64,000 nucleotides of DNA, taken from assembly GCA_015063985.1 (NCBI GenBank), contig SVTC01000011.1, forward strand, positions 6,613 to 70,612, written 5' to 3'. Both the position numbers and the translations under genes were made by a program. The notes beneath the pieces are model-generated. The model searched no databases. It saw only the letters and a program-made list of their open reading frames with translations, and was not told where the DNA came from. This document shows positions 18,772-26,532 of this stretch, in pieces. This DNA is from Oscillospiraceae bacterium (lineage in GTDB: Bacteria > Bacillota > Clostridia > Oscillospirales > SIG627). Position 1 is the stretch's first letter. Each line of letters begins with the position of its first letter.

Positions 18772-20895
18772 TCAGATCCTGTTGATTCGAATCTTAAATT
18801 TCACTTCTGCGCCGTTTCCGTTGAAATACTTGATAACGGTCTCGTCTCCCAGTGTAAATACCTGATCGTCCGAGCCTACCGCCTCGCCGTCTATCTTAAG
18901 TCCGGATGCCACGGCAGCGCCCGTTGAAACACCGCTGACCTTTACCGTAGCCGATGAAGCGGAGCGCTTGTAGTTGGGACAGCTCTTGATGCCCGCCGCG
19001 GTAAATATGATAATGCCTACGGAATTGGTGATGCAGATCATTTCATCTATGCGCACCGCAATAAAGTGATCCGCCCAACGCCCTACAGCGGGAAGGTATT
19101 CGCAAAGCTCCACCGTATCAGGGAACACCTTATGCGTTCTCCACCAATAGATCAATGCGGCGATAAGGGCAATGGCAAGCAGGACCAGCAGGCAGATTAT
19201 TACGTATATGCCGAATCTTTCAAACCAGCTTCTGCCCTCCTTGATCTGTACGGTATGGTCGCAGGATCCGCTCCATACCTCGTTTTCCTTAATGTCGCTT
19301 ATGGATATCTTGATATCCACGCTATCGTAATCGTCAAGGATCAGCTCCTGCCCCTCAAGAGTGGGGGTTATTGCGATTATTCCGATCTCGGAGGTCTTTT
19401 CGGCCTTGAAATCGCCCATTTTAAATTTTTCTTCACTGGTAAGAGCGACCTTGATGCTTCCCAGAGAATTCCACTGCTCCTGAGTGAACTCCTTGCCGTC
19501 AAGGGTAAGCTTGAATTTTATGGGATCCTTGGGGTCCAGACCGTCGGCAAAAACGGTGTACTCCGTATCCTCCGACACCTGAAAGCCTATCTCTTTGTTC
19601 TTATATACTCTGTATTCAAGATAAGTGCTTACCGTATTGTATTCAAGATAGCTTGCAGAGGCGCTGATGGTCAGATCTCCCTCTTCAATGGTGATGGTAT
19701 CACCCGAAGCATATTGCTTTTCGTGGGTCACGCCGTTATTTGTGACCGTGGCGGTATAGGTTATATCTCCCAAAAGCTCGCTGTCGGGGACGGCGTTGAG
19801 AGTGCCCGCCTTAACGAAGCCAAACTTCAAGGTGTAGCTTCCTTCCTTAAGTCCGTCGGCGTTTTTGATGATGCTTCCTTCGTTGTCAACCAGAAATGCT
19901 TCGATCTCAACGTTCGGCTTATAGTAGATCTCCACAGTCTTTGCGTTTTTAACGTCTATTGTGTAGTCGCCCGCATCAAAATCTCCCTCAAACTTCAAAA
20001 GCTTTCCCTGAAGACTTTTGTCGTAAACGTAAGGTCTTCTGCTGTATCTTTTGTCAGCCTGTGTGGAATACATTACCTCAACGGGAGAAGCGGAGGAGGT
20101 ATACTCTGCGGACTTCGGTCCGCCGCTGATCTTGCCGATCTCAACGTTTTCGCCCTGAGCAAAGACGACCAGCTCGCTCATGGGAACGTCGAAGGAAAAC
20201 TTCTTGGTCGCCATATTAACGTCAAGCTTATGAGTGTTGAATATTCTTGTGCAGATTCCGGTGATCTTGTTAAGGATCTGGTCACTGGTCGCCGCCTTTT
20301 CGCAATATATATCCTTGCTTTCATCACCGGTGATCATAGCGGCAGAAGCACCCATGCTCAAAAACATCACCTTGACGTCTGAGCTCTTTTCTCGGAAAAA
20401 GGAGTCCGCAACCAAAAGCCCCATATCAAATTCGCCGTCGGTAAGGACAACAAGCCACTTCTCGTCGACCTGAGCGTGGGTAAGATCCTCGTAGGCCTTA
20501 CGAACGGACATAAAAGGAGTTCCCGCATTTTCGGTAATGGTATTGTGAAGTATGTCAACGTTAGCCTGAGTGGGATCGCTTCCCTTTATGGTGATCCTCG
20601 GTCCCACACAATCCTCAAGAGCCAAGTTGTCATAGGCATAATCGTTCATGTAATAGATACTCATCGTATCATTCTTGCCCAGCATTGCCGCAAAAACTTC
20701 CATTGCGTATTTTGCCTGGCACCAGGTGTCGTGATAATTTTCACCGCCGCTGGTCCACATACTGGTAGAATCATCGTATACCACGTTGATCTGACGGCTG
20801 GGCTCAGCGCTTGCCGCTTGCACGGGGAAGCAAAGACAGCTTGCCAAGGTCGCCACTGCAAGTACTATCGCACACAGCCTGAAAAGTCTTTTCAT
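18772..20895 (-). CDS. Secreted, C-terminally membrane-anchored von Willebrand factor A (vWA) domain protein
   Basis: I chose the start at 20895 (MKRLFRLCAIVLAVATLASC) because AGGAGG lies directly upstream. The signal peptide has a possible lipobox (LASC). The MIDAS motif is intact: DDSTS (20761-20775), NAGTPF and VVLTDGE. A long beta-rich region follows, then one TM helix (FGIYVIICLLVLLAIALIAALIYWW) and a tail of about 110 aa. Confidence 0.8.
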   Translation of the reverse strand: MKRLFRLCAIVLAVATLASCLCFPVQAASAEPSRQINVVYDDSTSMWTSGGENYHDTWCQAKYAMEVFAAMLGKNDTMSIYYMNDYAYDNLALEDCVGPRITIKGSDPTQANVDILHNTITENAGTPFMSVRKAYEDLTHAQVDEKWLVVLTDGEFDMGLLVADSFFREKSSDVKVMFLSMGASAAMITGDESKDIYCEKAATSDQILNKITGICTRIFNTHKLDVNMATKKFSFDVPMSELVVFAQGENVEIGKISGGPKSAEYTSSASPVEVMYSTQADKRYSRRPYVYDKSLQGKLLKFEGDFDAGDYTIDVKNAKTVEIYYKPNVEIEAFLVDNEGSIIKNADGLKEGSYTLKFGFVKAGTLNAVPDSELLGDITYTATVTNNGVTHEKQYASGDTITIEEGDLTISASASYLEYNTVSTYLEYRVYKNKEIGFQVSEDTEYTVFADGLDPKDPIKFKLTLDGKEFTQEQWNSLGSIKVALTSEEKFKMGDFKAEKTSEIGIIAITPTLEGQELILDDYDSVDIKISISDIKENEVWSGSCDHTVQIKEGRSWFERFGIYVIICLLVLLAIALIAALIYWWRTHKVFPDTVELCEYLPAVGRWADHFIAVRIDEMICITNSVGIIIFTAAGIKSCPNYKRSASSATVKVSGVSTGAAVASGLKIDGEAVGSDDQVFTLGDETVIKYFNGNGAEVKFKIRINRI

Positions 20896-20957
20896 CTTTC
20901 TCCTCCTGAAAATATACGAAAACAAAAAATCTTCGCAATTATTCATATTAATAATAT

Positions 20958-20986
20958 ATTATACATTTTCTATTAATATTTGTCAA
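20958..20986 (-). promoter_or_regulatory. Consensus SigA-type promoter of the vWA/tubulin-like operon
   Basis: The minus strand reads TTGACA (20981-20986), a 17-nt spacer, then TATAAT (20958-20963), about 60 nt upstream of the ATG at 20895. Confidence 0.7.
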
Positions 20987-21079
20987 TGATTTTAGCCTCA
21001 TATAAGCTCAAAAAAACGGCGGTTTTGTCAACTATTATCAAAGCTTGGCCACATAAGCTTCACAAAGAAAAAACACCTC

Positions 21080-21108
21080 TTGACAAAACGGGTTTTTTTT
21101 TGCATAAT
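21080..21108 (+). promoter_or_regulatory. SigA-type promoter for the divergent 21138 gene
   Basis: TTGACA (21080-21085), a 17-nt spacer ending in TG, then CATAAT (21103-21108). Confidence 0.55.
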
Positions 21109-21137
21109 ATACCCATACCACCAAAAGGAGAAAGACA

Positions 21138-22421
21138 ATGCAAACCAAGCTTATAAAAAGAAAGCCCCTGGGAAACAAGAACAGAAAATACCGCCAGGAT
21201 AACTTTATCATCTCCACCTTCCGTGCAGATACCAACGATCTTCGCCGCGGTATTCCCGCCGCAAAGGAGCTGAATTTCAATATGGTCGAATTCGGCTGGG
21301 TCCCTCCGGAAAGAAGCCTTGAATGTATAGTTGCCTGCGAGCAGGCTGAGATCGACGGCATCTTCCAGAATTGGGAGGCCTTCGGCGGCTTCCAGGAAAC
21401 CAAGGGTATGGGTGGAGTGAACCCGGAAAAGCTTAAGGAATATATCGCCTACACCCAAAAATTCCGCCACGTAAAGGGCTATTACGTTTGGGATGAGCCC
21501 CTTGCCGACGAAAAGATCGCCGCTGCCGCAGAGCAGGTAAAGCTGATAGAAGAGCTTGACCCCAAGAGACTGCCCTTCACCGTTGCCATCCCCAGCTACA
21601 ATCCCACCCACACCTGGGAAAACGGACTCTTTCCCAAGTATCTAAGACAGTATGCCGACGTTATCGAGCCTGCCGTTATGAGCCTTGACTACTATCCCTT
21701 CAGCCCCAGAAGAGCAGATGCACCCGACCAGCTTGACTCCTCCAAGCTCTTTTTGGACATCGCCCTTCTCAGACAGATCGCTCTGGAAAAGGATATGCCC
21801 ATGTGGTTCTACTTCCAGACTCAGGACGATCCCGCCCACGGCACCTACAAATGCCTCAGTCCCGAGAAGATGCGTATGCAGCAGTACAACGCCATCCTTT
21901 ACGGCGCAAAGGGTCTGCAAAACTACAACATCTTCCAGGGTGCACTTAACGACGACGGCACTCCCGGACCTCTCTATTGGTTCACAAAGGACATCAACCA
22001 CCGCTGTATGATGTGGGGCAACACCCTTATGGCGCTCAGTTCCAAGCACGTTTTCCATTCCCCCGAGGTCTTGAAAAACAACCCCAACTTCGATCAGTTC
22101 CGCGAGAGCCCCAAGGACAGCGCGGTGCTCTCTTGCGACGAGCTTCCCTTCCGTTGCTCCGTGGGCGAATTTGAGGACAGCGAGGGCAACGTATATATCT
22201 TCGTTCAGAACAGAGACTACTACGCTTCCCACGTATTCAACCTCCCCTTCAAGACTGCTATGCGTCTCTACGAGGTAAGTCCTCTGGACGGCTTCCAGTA
22301 CGTCTATGCAGACAACACCGAAAGCTTCACCCGCAAAATAGAGCCCGGCGATGCATACCTGTTCAGAGTACAGAAAGCCGATGAGGACGCATACCTTATC
22401 GACTACGTTTTGGAAAAATAA
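21138..22421 (+). CDS. Hypothetical protein, possibly a TIM-barrel glycoside hydrolase
   Basis: A 427-aa ORF with good coding character that neighbours a GH20 enzyme. The alternating beta/alpha pattern and the YVWDEP motif only hint at a glycosidase fold. Confidence 0.4.
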   Translation: MQTKLIKRKPLGNKNRKYRQDNFIISTFRADTNDLRRGIPAAKELNFNMVEFGWVPPERSLECIVACEQAEIDGIFQNWEAFGGFQETKGMGGVNPEKLKEYIAYTQKFRHVKGYYVWDEPLADEKIAAAAEQVKLIEELDPKRLPFTVAIPSYNPTHTWENGLFPKYLRQYADVIEPAVMSLDYYPFSPRRADAPDQLDSSKLFLDIALLRQIALEKDMPMWFYFQTQDDPAHGTYKCLSPEKMRMQQYNAILYGAKGLQNYNIFQGALNDDGTPGPLYWFTKDINHRCMMWGNTLMALSSKHVFHSPEVLKNNPNFDQFRESPKDSAVLSCDELPFRCSVGEFEDSEGNVYIFVQNRDYYASHVFNLPFKTAMRLYEVSPLDGFQYVYADNTESFTRKIEPGDAYLFRVQKADEDAYLIDYVLEK

Positions 22422-22536
22422 CACTTCAGGTAAAAGCTCATGTTACTTATAATAACAAAGCAAGCATAAATTCTGCCAAGCATCCAAAGGGATGCTTGGC
22501 AGTTTTGCTCTAAAAAAAGAAAGAAGGAAGAAAGCT

Positions 22537-23811
22537 ATGACAGATAAACTTCAAAACGCAATAAAAGAGCTTAATACGACCACTCGCGAAGCCGTTCATT
22601 ACGGCGAGGGAAATTACATTATCACCGTCGCCTACGATACCGAGGCTATGGGCTACAAGGTCTATGAAGGCCGTCTTAGAGAATACGGCTACACCTTAAG
22701 CTACGATAACGAGCATTGCCGCAGCACATGGATCCAAAGAAAAGAGATCTACGATTACGTAAGATGCTCAAGCTATGAAAAGGACGGCATCCAGTGCACG
22801 CTCACCCACGTCAACAAGACCCAAACCACCTATCTTTGCATTTGCGAAGCCTTGCCCGTATCCAAGCACTTAAAGAGAAGATACCAAATTCCCGAAAAAA
22901 GAGAAACCAAGACCACTCTCCATAACGTGCCTCTTAAATCCTTCGGAAACAGCCTGCTGATCCGGCTTAAAAACGGACATTTCATCATAAGCGACGGCGG
23001 CTTGCCCGGAGAAAGCGAATTCCTTTTTCCCTATATGAAAAATCTCCTCCCCGAGGGCGAAAAGCCCGTTATCGAGGCGTGGTTCATCTCCCATCTGCAC
23101 GTCGACCACTGCGGCATCATCAGAGACTTCGTGGACGGTACTTGGGATCCCGACTCTGTTATAGTGGACGGATTTTACTACAGTCTTCCGGGAGAAAGCG
23201 TTTTTGAATTGGATATGGGGCCCATAAAGGATGAAGAAAACGTGAGAAAGGCCGCAAAGCTTTTAAAGAGCTCCGACGGCACCCACCCCGATATCTACCG
23301 TCCCCGAATGGGACAAAGATACTACTTTGACGATATCAGCATAGATATAGTCTTTACCCAGGAGCAGCTCCCGCCAAACTGCTATTTCAGCACCGATTTT
23401 CTCAAAGACACAAAAAGGGCAAATTTCAACGACAGCTCCACCTGGTGTATGCTCAACATCGAGGAGCAGAAGGTTCTCCTGACGGGCGATGCCGACAAGG
23501 GCTCTATGGATCACGTTATGAATATGTACGATAAGGACTATTTCAAGCTTACCGCGGTGGACACAGCCCATCATTCCTGGAATCCTTATATGCCCTTCAG
23601 CCGATTTGTGGAGGCGGAGGTCATAATCGTAACGGATAAAAGACTTGCCACACCCTCCTTTGCTCCCCAAACGGGAAATTGGTATTACCCCAACGCGGTC
23701 CTGGCGGAAAAGGCCAAGGAGGTGCTTGCCTTTAAGGAAGGTGCGGTGATAATGGAATTCCCCTACAAGGTGGGAAGCTTCAAGCGCGGTATTAAAAACT
23801 CCCGTAATTAA
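22537..23811 (+). CDS. MBL-fold metallo-hydrolase
   Basis: The motif ISHLHVDHCG is the HxHxDH metallo-beta-lactamase signature. I chose the start at MTDKLQ (22537), downstream of a purine-rich ribosome binding site. Confidence 0.7.
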   Translation: MTDKLQNAIKELNTTTREAVHYGEGNYIITVAYDTEAMGYKVYEGRLREYGYTLSYDNEHCRSTWIQRKEIYDYVRCSSYEKDGIQCTLTHVNKTQTTYLCICEALPVSKHLKRRYQIPEKRETKTTLHNVPLKSFGNSLLIRLKNGHFIISDGGLPGESEFLFPYMKNLLPEGEKPVIEAWFISHLHVDHCGIIRDFVDGTWDPDSVIVDGFYYSLPGESVFELDMGPIKDEENVRKAAKLLKSSDGTHPDIYRPRMGQRYYFDDISIDIVFTQEQLPPNCYFSTDFLKDTKRANFNDSSTWCMLNIEEQKVLLTGDADKGSMDHVMNMYDKDYFKLTAVDTAHHSWNPYMPFSRFVEAEVIIVTDKRLATPSFAPQTGNWYYPNAVLAEKAKEVLAFKEGAVIMEFPYKVGSFKRGIKNSRN

Positions 23812-23825
23812 AGAAGGTAAAAAAT

Positions 23826-25727
23826 ATGCTTAAACTGAATCTTTCAAAACTCCCCATCCCCTTGGCAGAGGCAGCAAGGGAAGCGCTCCCTCTTTTGGAC
23901 CTTTGTGAGGATCAAAGCGGAATCGTCCTGCTTTCCCAAAGAGATCCCGAGGGCTTGAAGGTATCTTACTCCTCAGACGGGGACGTTGTAATATCTTATA
24001 AGGAGCTCTGCGAATTCTTCCGCGGGCTCTCCCACGTCAAAAGGCTGGAAAGAACGGGCGAAGCCATCAGCGAAAAGCAAAGCTTCAAGTGGCTCAGCTA
24101 TATGGTCGACGTAGCAAGAAACGCAGTGCTGAAGCTCCCCGCAATGAAGCGGCTCATCCGTTATCTTGCCATCAACGGCTTCAACGACCTTATGCTCTAC
24201 CTTGAGGACGTTTTCGAGATGCCCGATTACCCCTATTTTGGCTATATGCGCGGAAAATACACTCTGGATGAATTAAAGGAGCTGGTGGAATACGGCGAAC
24301 GCTTCGGCGTGACCCTTACCCCCTGCGTTCAAAGCCTTGGGCACTATTCCAATATGCTCCGCTGGCCCTGCTTTTCCTCCATCAGGGATTCCGCAGACGT
24401 TTTGTACGTCGGCAAGGATGAGACCTACGAGTTTCTGGATAAGCTCTTTGCCACCCTTTGCTCCGTATTCAAGACCAGAAGATTCAACATCGGTATGGAC
24501 GAGGCGGGAACCTTGGGCAGAGGCAGAATGCTGGAGGAAAAAGGCCTTTTAGATCAAGGTGAGCTGATGACTCTGCATCTTCACAAGATAAAGGAGCTTT
24601 GCAGGAAGCACGGCATTCAGCCGCTTATCTGGAGCGATATGTTCTTCCGCCCCTACGACCCCTCCCACGAGTATTATACCGACACCGTTATTGTCCCCCA
24701 AGAGGCTATAGACGGAGTCCCCGAGGATTTCACCTTGGTTTATTGGAACTACCATAGCTGCGAAAGAAACCAAAAGGAAAAAGACGTCTTCAACCACGTG
24801 TTTGATCAGCATATGCGCTTTAAGAACCCCATAGCCTATGCAGGTGCCTCCTGGACATTCTCGGGCTTTGCTCCCCATAATATGTTCAGTATGTCCGCAG
24901 AAAACTTCCATCTCAACGCCTGCCTTGAAAGAGGGATCAAGGACATCACCCTCACCGCCTGGTCAAACGGAGGCGGAGAGGCATCCCACTTTGTCACTAT
25001 GCCCATCATCACCCTTTACGGCGAAAAGCTCTATACCGCCCAAAGGAATGCACCCGATATATCAGAGCGCTTCTTCGATCTGTACGGTATCAGCCTTGAG
25101 GACTTTCTCAGCCTGGATCTTCCCGACAGAGTCCCCGATTCTCCCGAGCTCCTCAACAGCAGCGGAAGACATCCCGTGACTTATCTGCTTTATAACGACT
25201 GTCTTGGCGGAAAAATGGACAGACTCGTATCCTCCCCTCAATACGGCGATTTTTACCGCTCCCTTATCCCCGGATACGAAAGACTCTCGGAGCATAAGCA
25301 CTTCGGCTATATCTTCCGTACCCAAGCCGCACTGTGCAAAGTAATGGCTAATAAAGCCACCGTATCCTACGATCTGAGAGCCGCTTACAAAGCCAAGGAT
25401 AAGGCCGCACTCGCTCTGCTTTGCCAAAGACTCACCGAGCTTTCCCGTGATCTTTCAAGCTTTATCGACGTTTGCCGCGAGCAATGGCTTACGGACAACA
25501 AGGTAACGGGCTTTGAATGCCTGGAGGCGCGCTTTGGCTCACTGAAGCAAAGAGCACTGGGTGCAAAAGCCATAGTCGAGGCTTATCTTGCGGGAGAAAT
25601 AGACGCCATAGAGCCTCTTGACGAGCCTATGCTCTACCACGATTGCCGCCCCGACGACTCCACCAGAAGCAAGGTCTGCGCCACCAACGGCTACTACGAT
25701 ATCGTTCAACCCAGCTTCTTTATGTGA
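23826..25727 (+). CDS. Glycoside hydrolase family 20-like beta-N-acetylhexosaminidase
   Basis: The segment MVDVARNAV...INGFNDLMLYLED and the IGMDEA motif (adjacent catalytic Asp-Glu pair) fit the GH20 catalytic barrel. Confidence 0.65.
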   Translation: MLKLNLSKLPIPLAEAAREALPLLDLCEDQSGIVLLSQRDPEGLKVSYSSDGDVVISYKELCEFFRGLSHVKRLERTGEAISEKQSFKWLSYMVDVARNAVLKLPAMKRLIRYLAINGFNDLMLYLEDVFEMPDYPYFGYMRGKYTLDELKELVEYGERFGVTLTPCVQSLGHYSNMLRWPCFSSIRDSADVLYVGKDETYEFLDKLFATLCSVFKTRRFNIGMDEAGTLGRGRMLEEKGLLDQGELMTLHLHKIKELCRKHGIQPLIWSDMFFRPYDPSHEYYTDTVIVPQEAIDGVPEDFTLVYWNYHSCERNQKEKDVFNHVFDQHMRFKNPIAYAGASWTFSGFAPHNMFSMSAENFHLNACLERGIKDITLTAWSNGGGEASHFVTMPIITLYGEKLYTAQRNAPDISERFFDLYGISLEDFLSLDLPDRVPDSPELLNSSGRHPVTYLLYNDCLGGKMDRLVSSPQYGDFYRSLIPGYERLSEHKHFGYIFRTQAALCKVMANKATVSYDLRAAYKAKDKAALALLCQRLTELSRDLSSFIDVCREQWLTDNKVTGFECLEARFGSLKQRALGAKAIVEAYLAGEIDAIEPLDEPMLYHDCRPDDSTRSKVCATNGYYDIVQPSFFM

Positions 25728-25747
25728 ATACTGACAAAGACGAAGCA

Positions 25748-25852
25748 ACGTCGAGAATAGAGGATAGATCCAAAACCGTTACCGACATTGAGCTTTTCGC
25801 CATCGCAAAGGCTTTGGAAGTGGATATAAAAGAACTATACAGCCCACAATAA
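25748..25852 (+). pseudogene. 3' remnant of an XRE-family HTH gene (duplicate of the 26208-26450 gene tail)
   Basis: It encodes only TSRIEDRSKTVTDIELFAIAKALEVDIKELYSPQ*, matching the C-terminus of the intact XRE protein. It starts 20 nt after the GH20 stop and has no N-terminal HTH region. Confidence 0.75.
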
Positions 25853-25857
25853 CTTAA

Positions 25858-25895
25858 AGGCACTTGCGGAAAATTCCGTAAGTGCCTTGTTTTAT
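25858..25895 (+). terminator. Terminator hairpin (copy 1)
   Basis: The stem aaggcacttgcgg/ccgtaagtgcctt is followed by a T-run. The same hairpin recurs at 26455-26493. Confidence 0.7.
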
Positions 25896-25910
25896 TACTT
25901 GCGCGGCTCT

Positions 25911-26083
25911 TTAATATTCAGTTTCTTTTTTTACAAGAATATACTCCGGATTTTTTACCAAAATACCCTCATTGGTGATTTGAAGCTCCACCTCGTTTTC
26001 CAAATTAAACAGTTTTCTCATTTCCTTGGGAATGCATATTCTTCCAAGCTTATCTATCTCTTTTTTACTCCGATATTACCCAC
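25911..26083 (-). pseudogene. AbrB/SpoVT-family transcriptional regulator gene interrupted by a frameshift in an A6 run
   Basis: GTG at 26083 follows GAGGG and reads VGNIGVKK, then hits a stop. The +1 frame continues EIDKLGRICIPKEMRKLFNLENEVELQITNEGILVKNPEYILVKKETEY*, which carries the DxLGRIxIPKExR hallmark. The frames join at the run 26061-26066. Confidence 0.65.
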
Positions 26084-26115
26084 TTCTTTGCCCTCGTTTT
26101 TATTATTTAGCTTTA

Positions 26116-26180
26116 TGTCCTATGACAGGACAACATTGTTTCGAAATTAGTATATCATAGAAAGTGTCTTGTGTCAAGAC
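26116..26180. promoter_or_regulatory. Two palindromes in the AbrB-like/XRE divergent intergenic region (candidate operators)
   Basis: TGTCCT-atgac-AGGACA (26116-26132) and GTCTTG-tgt-CAAGAC (26166-26180) lie between the two divergent regulator genes. Confidence 0.35.
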
Positions 26181-26207
26181 AGAATGTATACTAACGGAGT
26201 ACGTTTT

Positions 26208-26450
26208 ATGGCAAGAATAATTGACGGCGATAATAAAAACCTGATAGGCGAAAACTTAAAAAAGCTTCGCATCAAAGCAAAAATGAGCCAGCAGACTCTA
26301 TCAAACAAGCTTGAGCTTTTGGGAGTATACGTGTGCCGTGGCTCTGTTTCGAGAATAGAGGACCGCACCCGAACCGTTACCGACATTGAGCTTTTTGCCA
26401 TAGCAGAGGTTTTGGAAGTGGATCCAAAAGAACTATACAGCCCACAATAA
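26208..26450 (+). CDS. XRE-family helix-turn-helix transcriptional regulator
   Basis: NLIGENLKKLRIKAKMSQQTLSNKLELLGVYVCRGSVSRIE is a classic Cro/C1 HTH. I chose the start at MARIIDG (26208), which follows ACGGAG. Confidence 0.8.
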   Translation: MARIIDGDNKNLIGENLKKLRIKAKMSQQTLSNKLELLGVYVCRGSVSRIEDRTRTVTDIELFAIAEVLEVDPKELYSPQ

Positions 26451-26454
26451 CTTA

Positions 26455-26493
26455 AAGGCACTTGCGGAAAATTCCGTAAGTGCCTTGTTTTTT
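26455..26493 (+). terminator. Terminator hairpin (copy 2)
   Basis: The stem is identical to 25858-25895 and is followed by T6. Confidence 0.75.
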
Positions 26494-26532
26494 CTATAAA
26501 GCCTTTGCAGTTAAAAGGCTTATTTTATCAGA

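Noticed and set aside
14989-20382. Long plus-strand ORFs 14989-16032, 17050-18660 and 19066-20382 (347-536 aa)
   Set aside because: They lie entirely antisense to the vWA and tubulin-like genes. They lack ribosome binding sites and have low-complexity, Leu/Val/Gly-rich composition typical of shadow ORFs. The minus-strand genes carry the recognisable motifs.
25643-25852. 69-aa ORF in the supplied track treated as an intact gene
   Set aside because: Its first half overlaps the 3' end of the GH20 gene in another frame. Only the last 34 or so residues resemble an XRE protein, so it was called a gene remnant instead.
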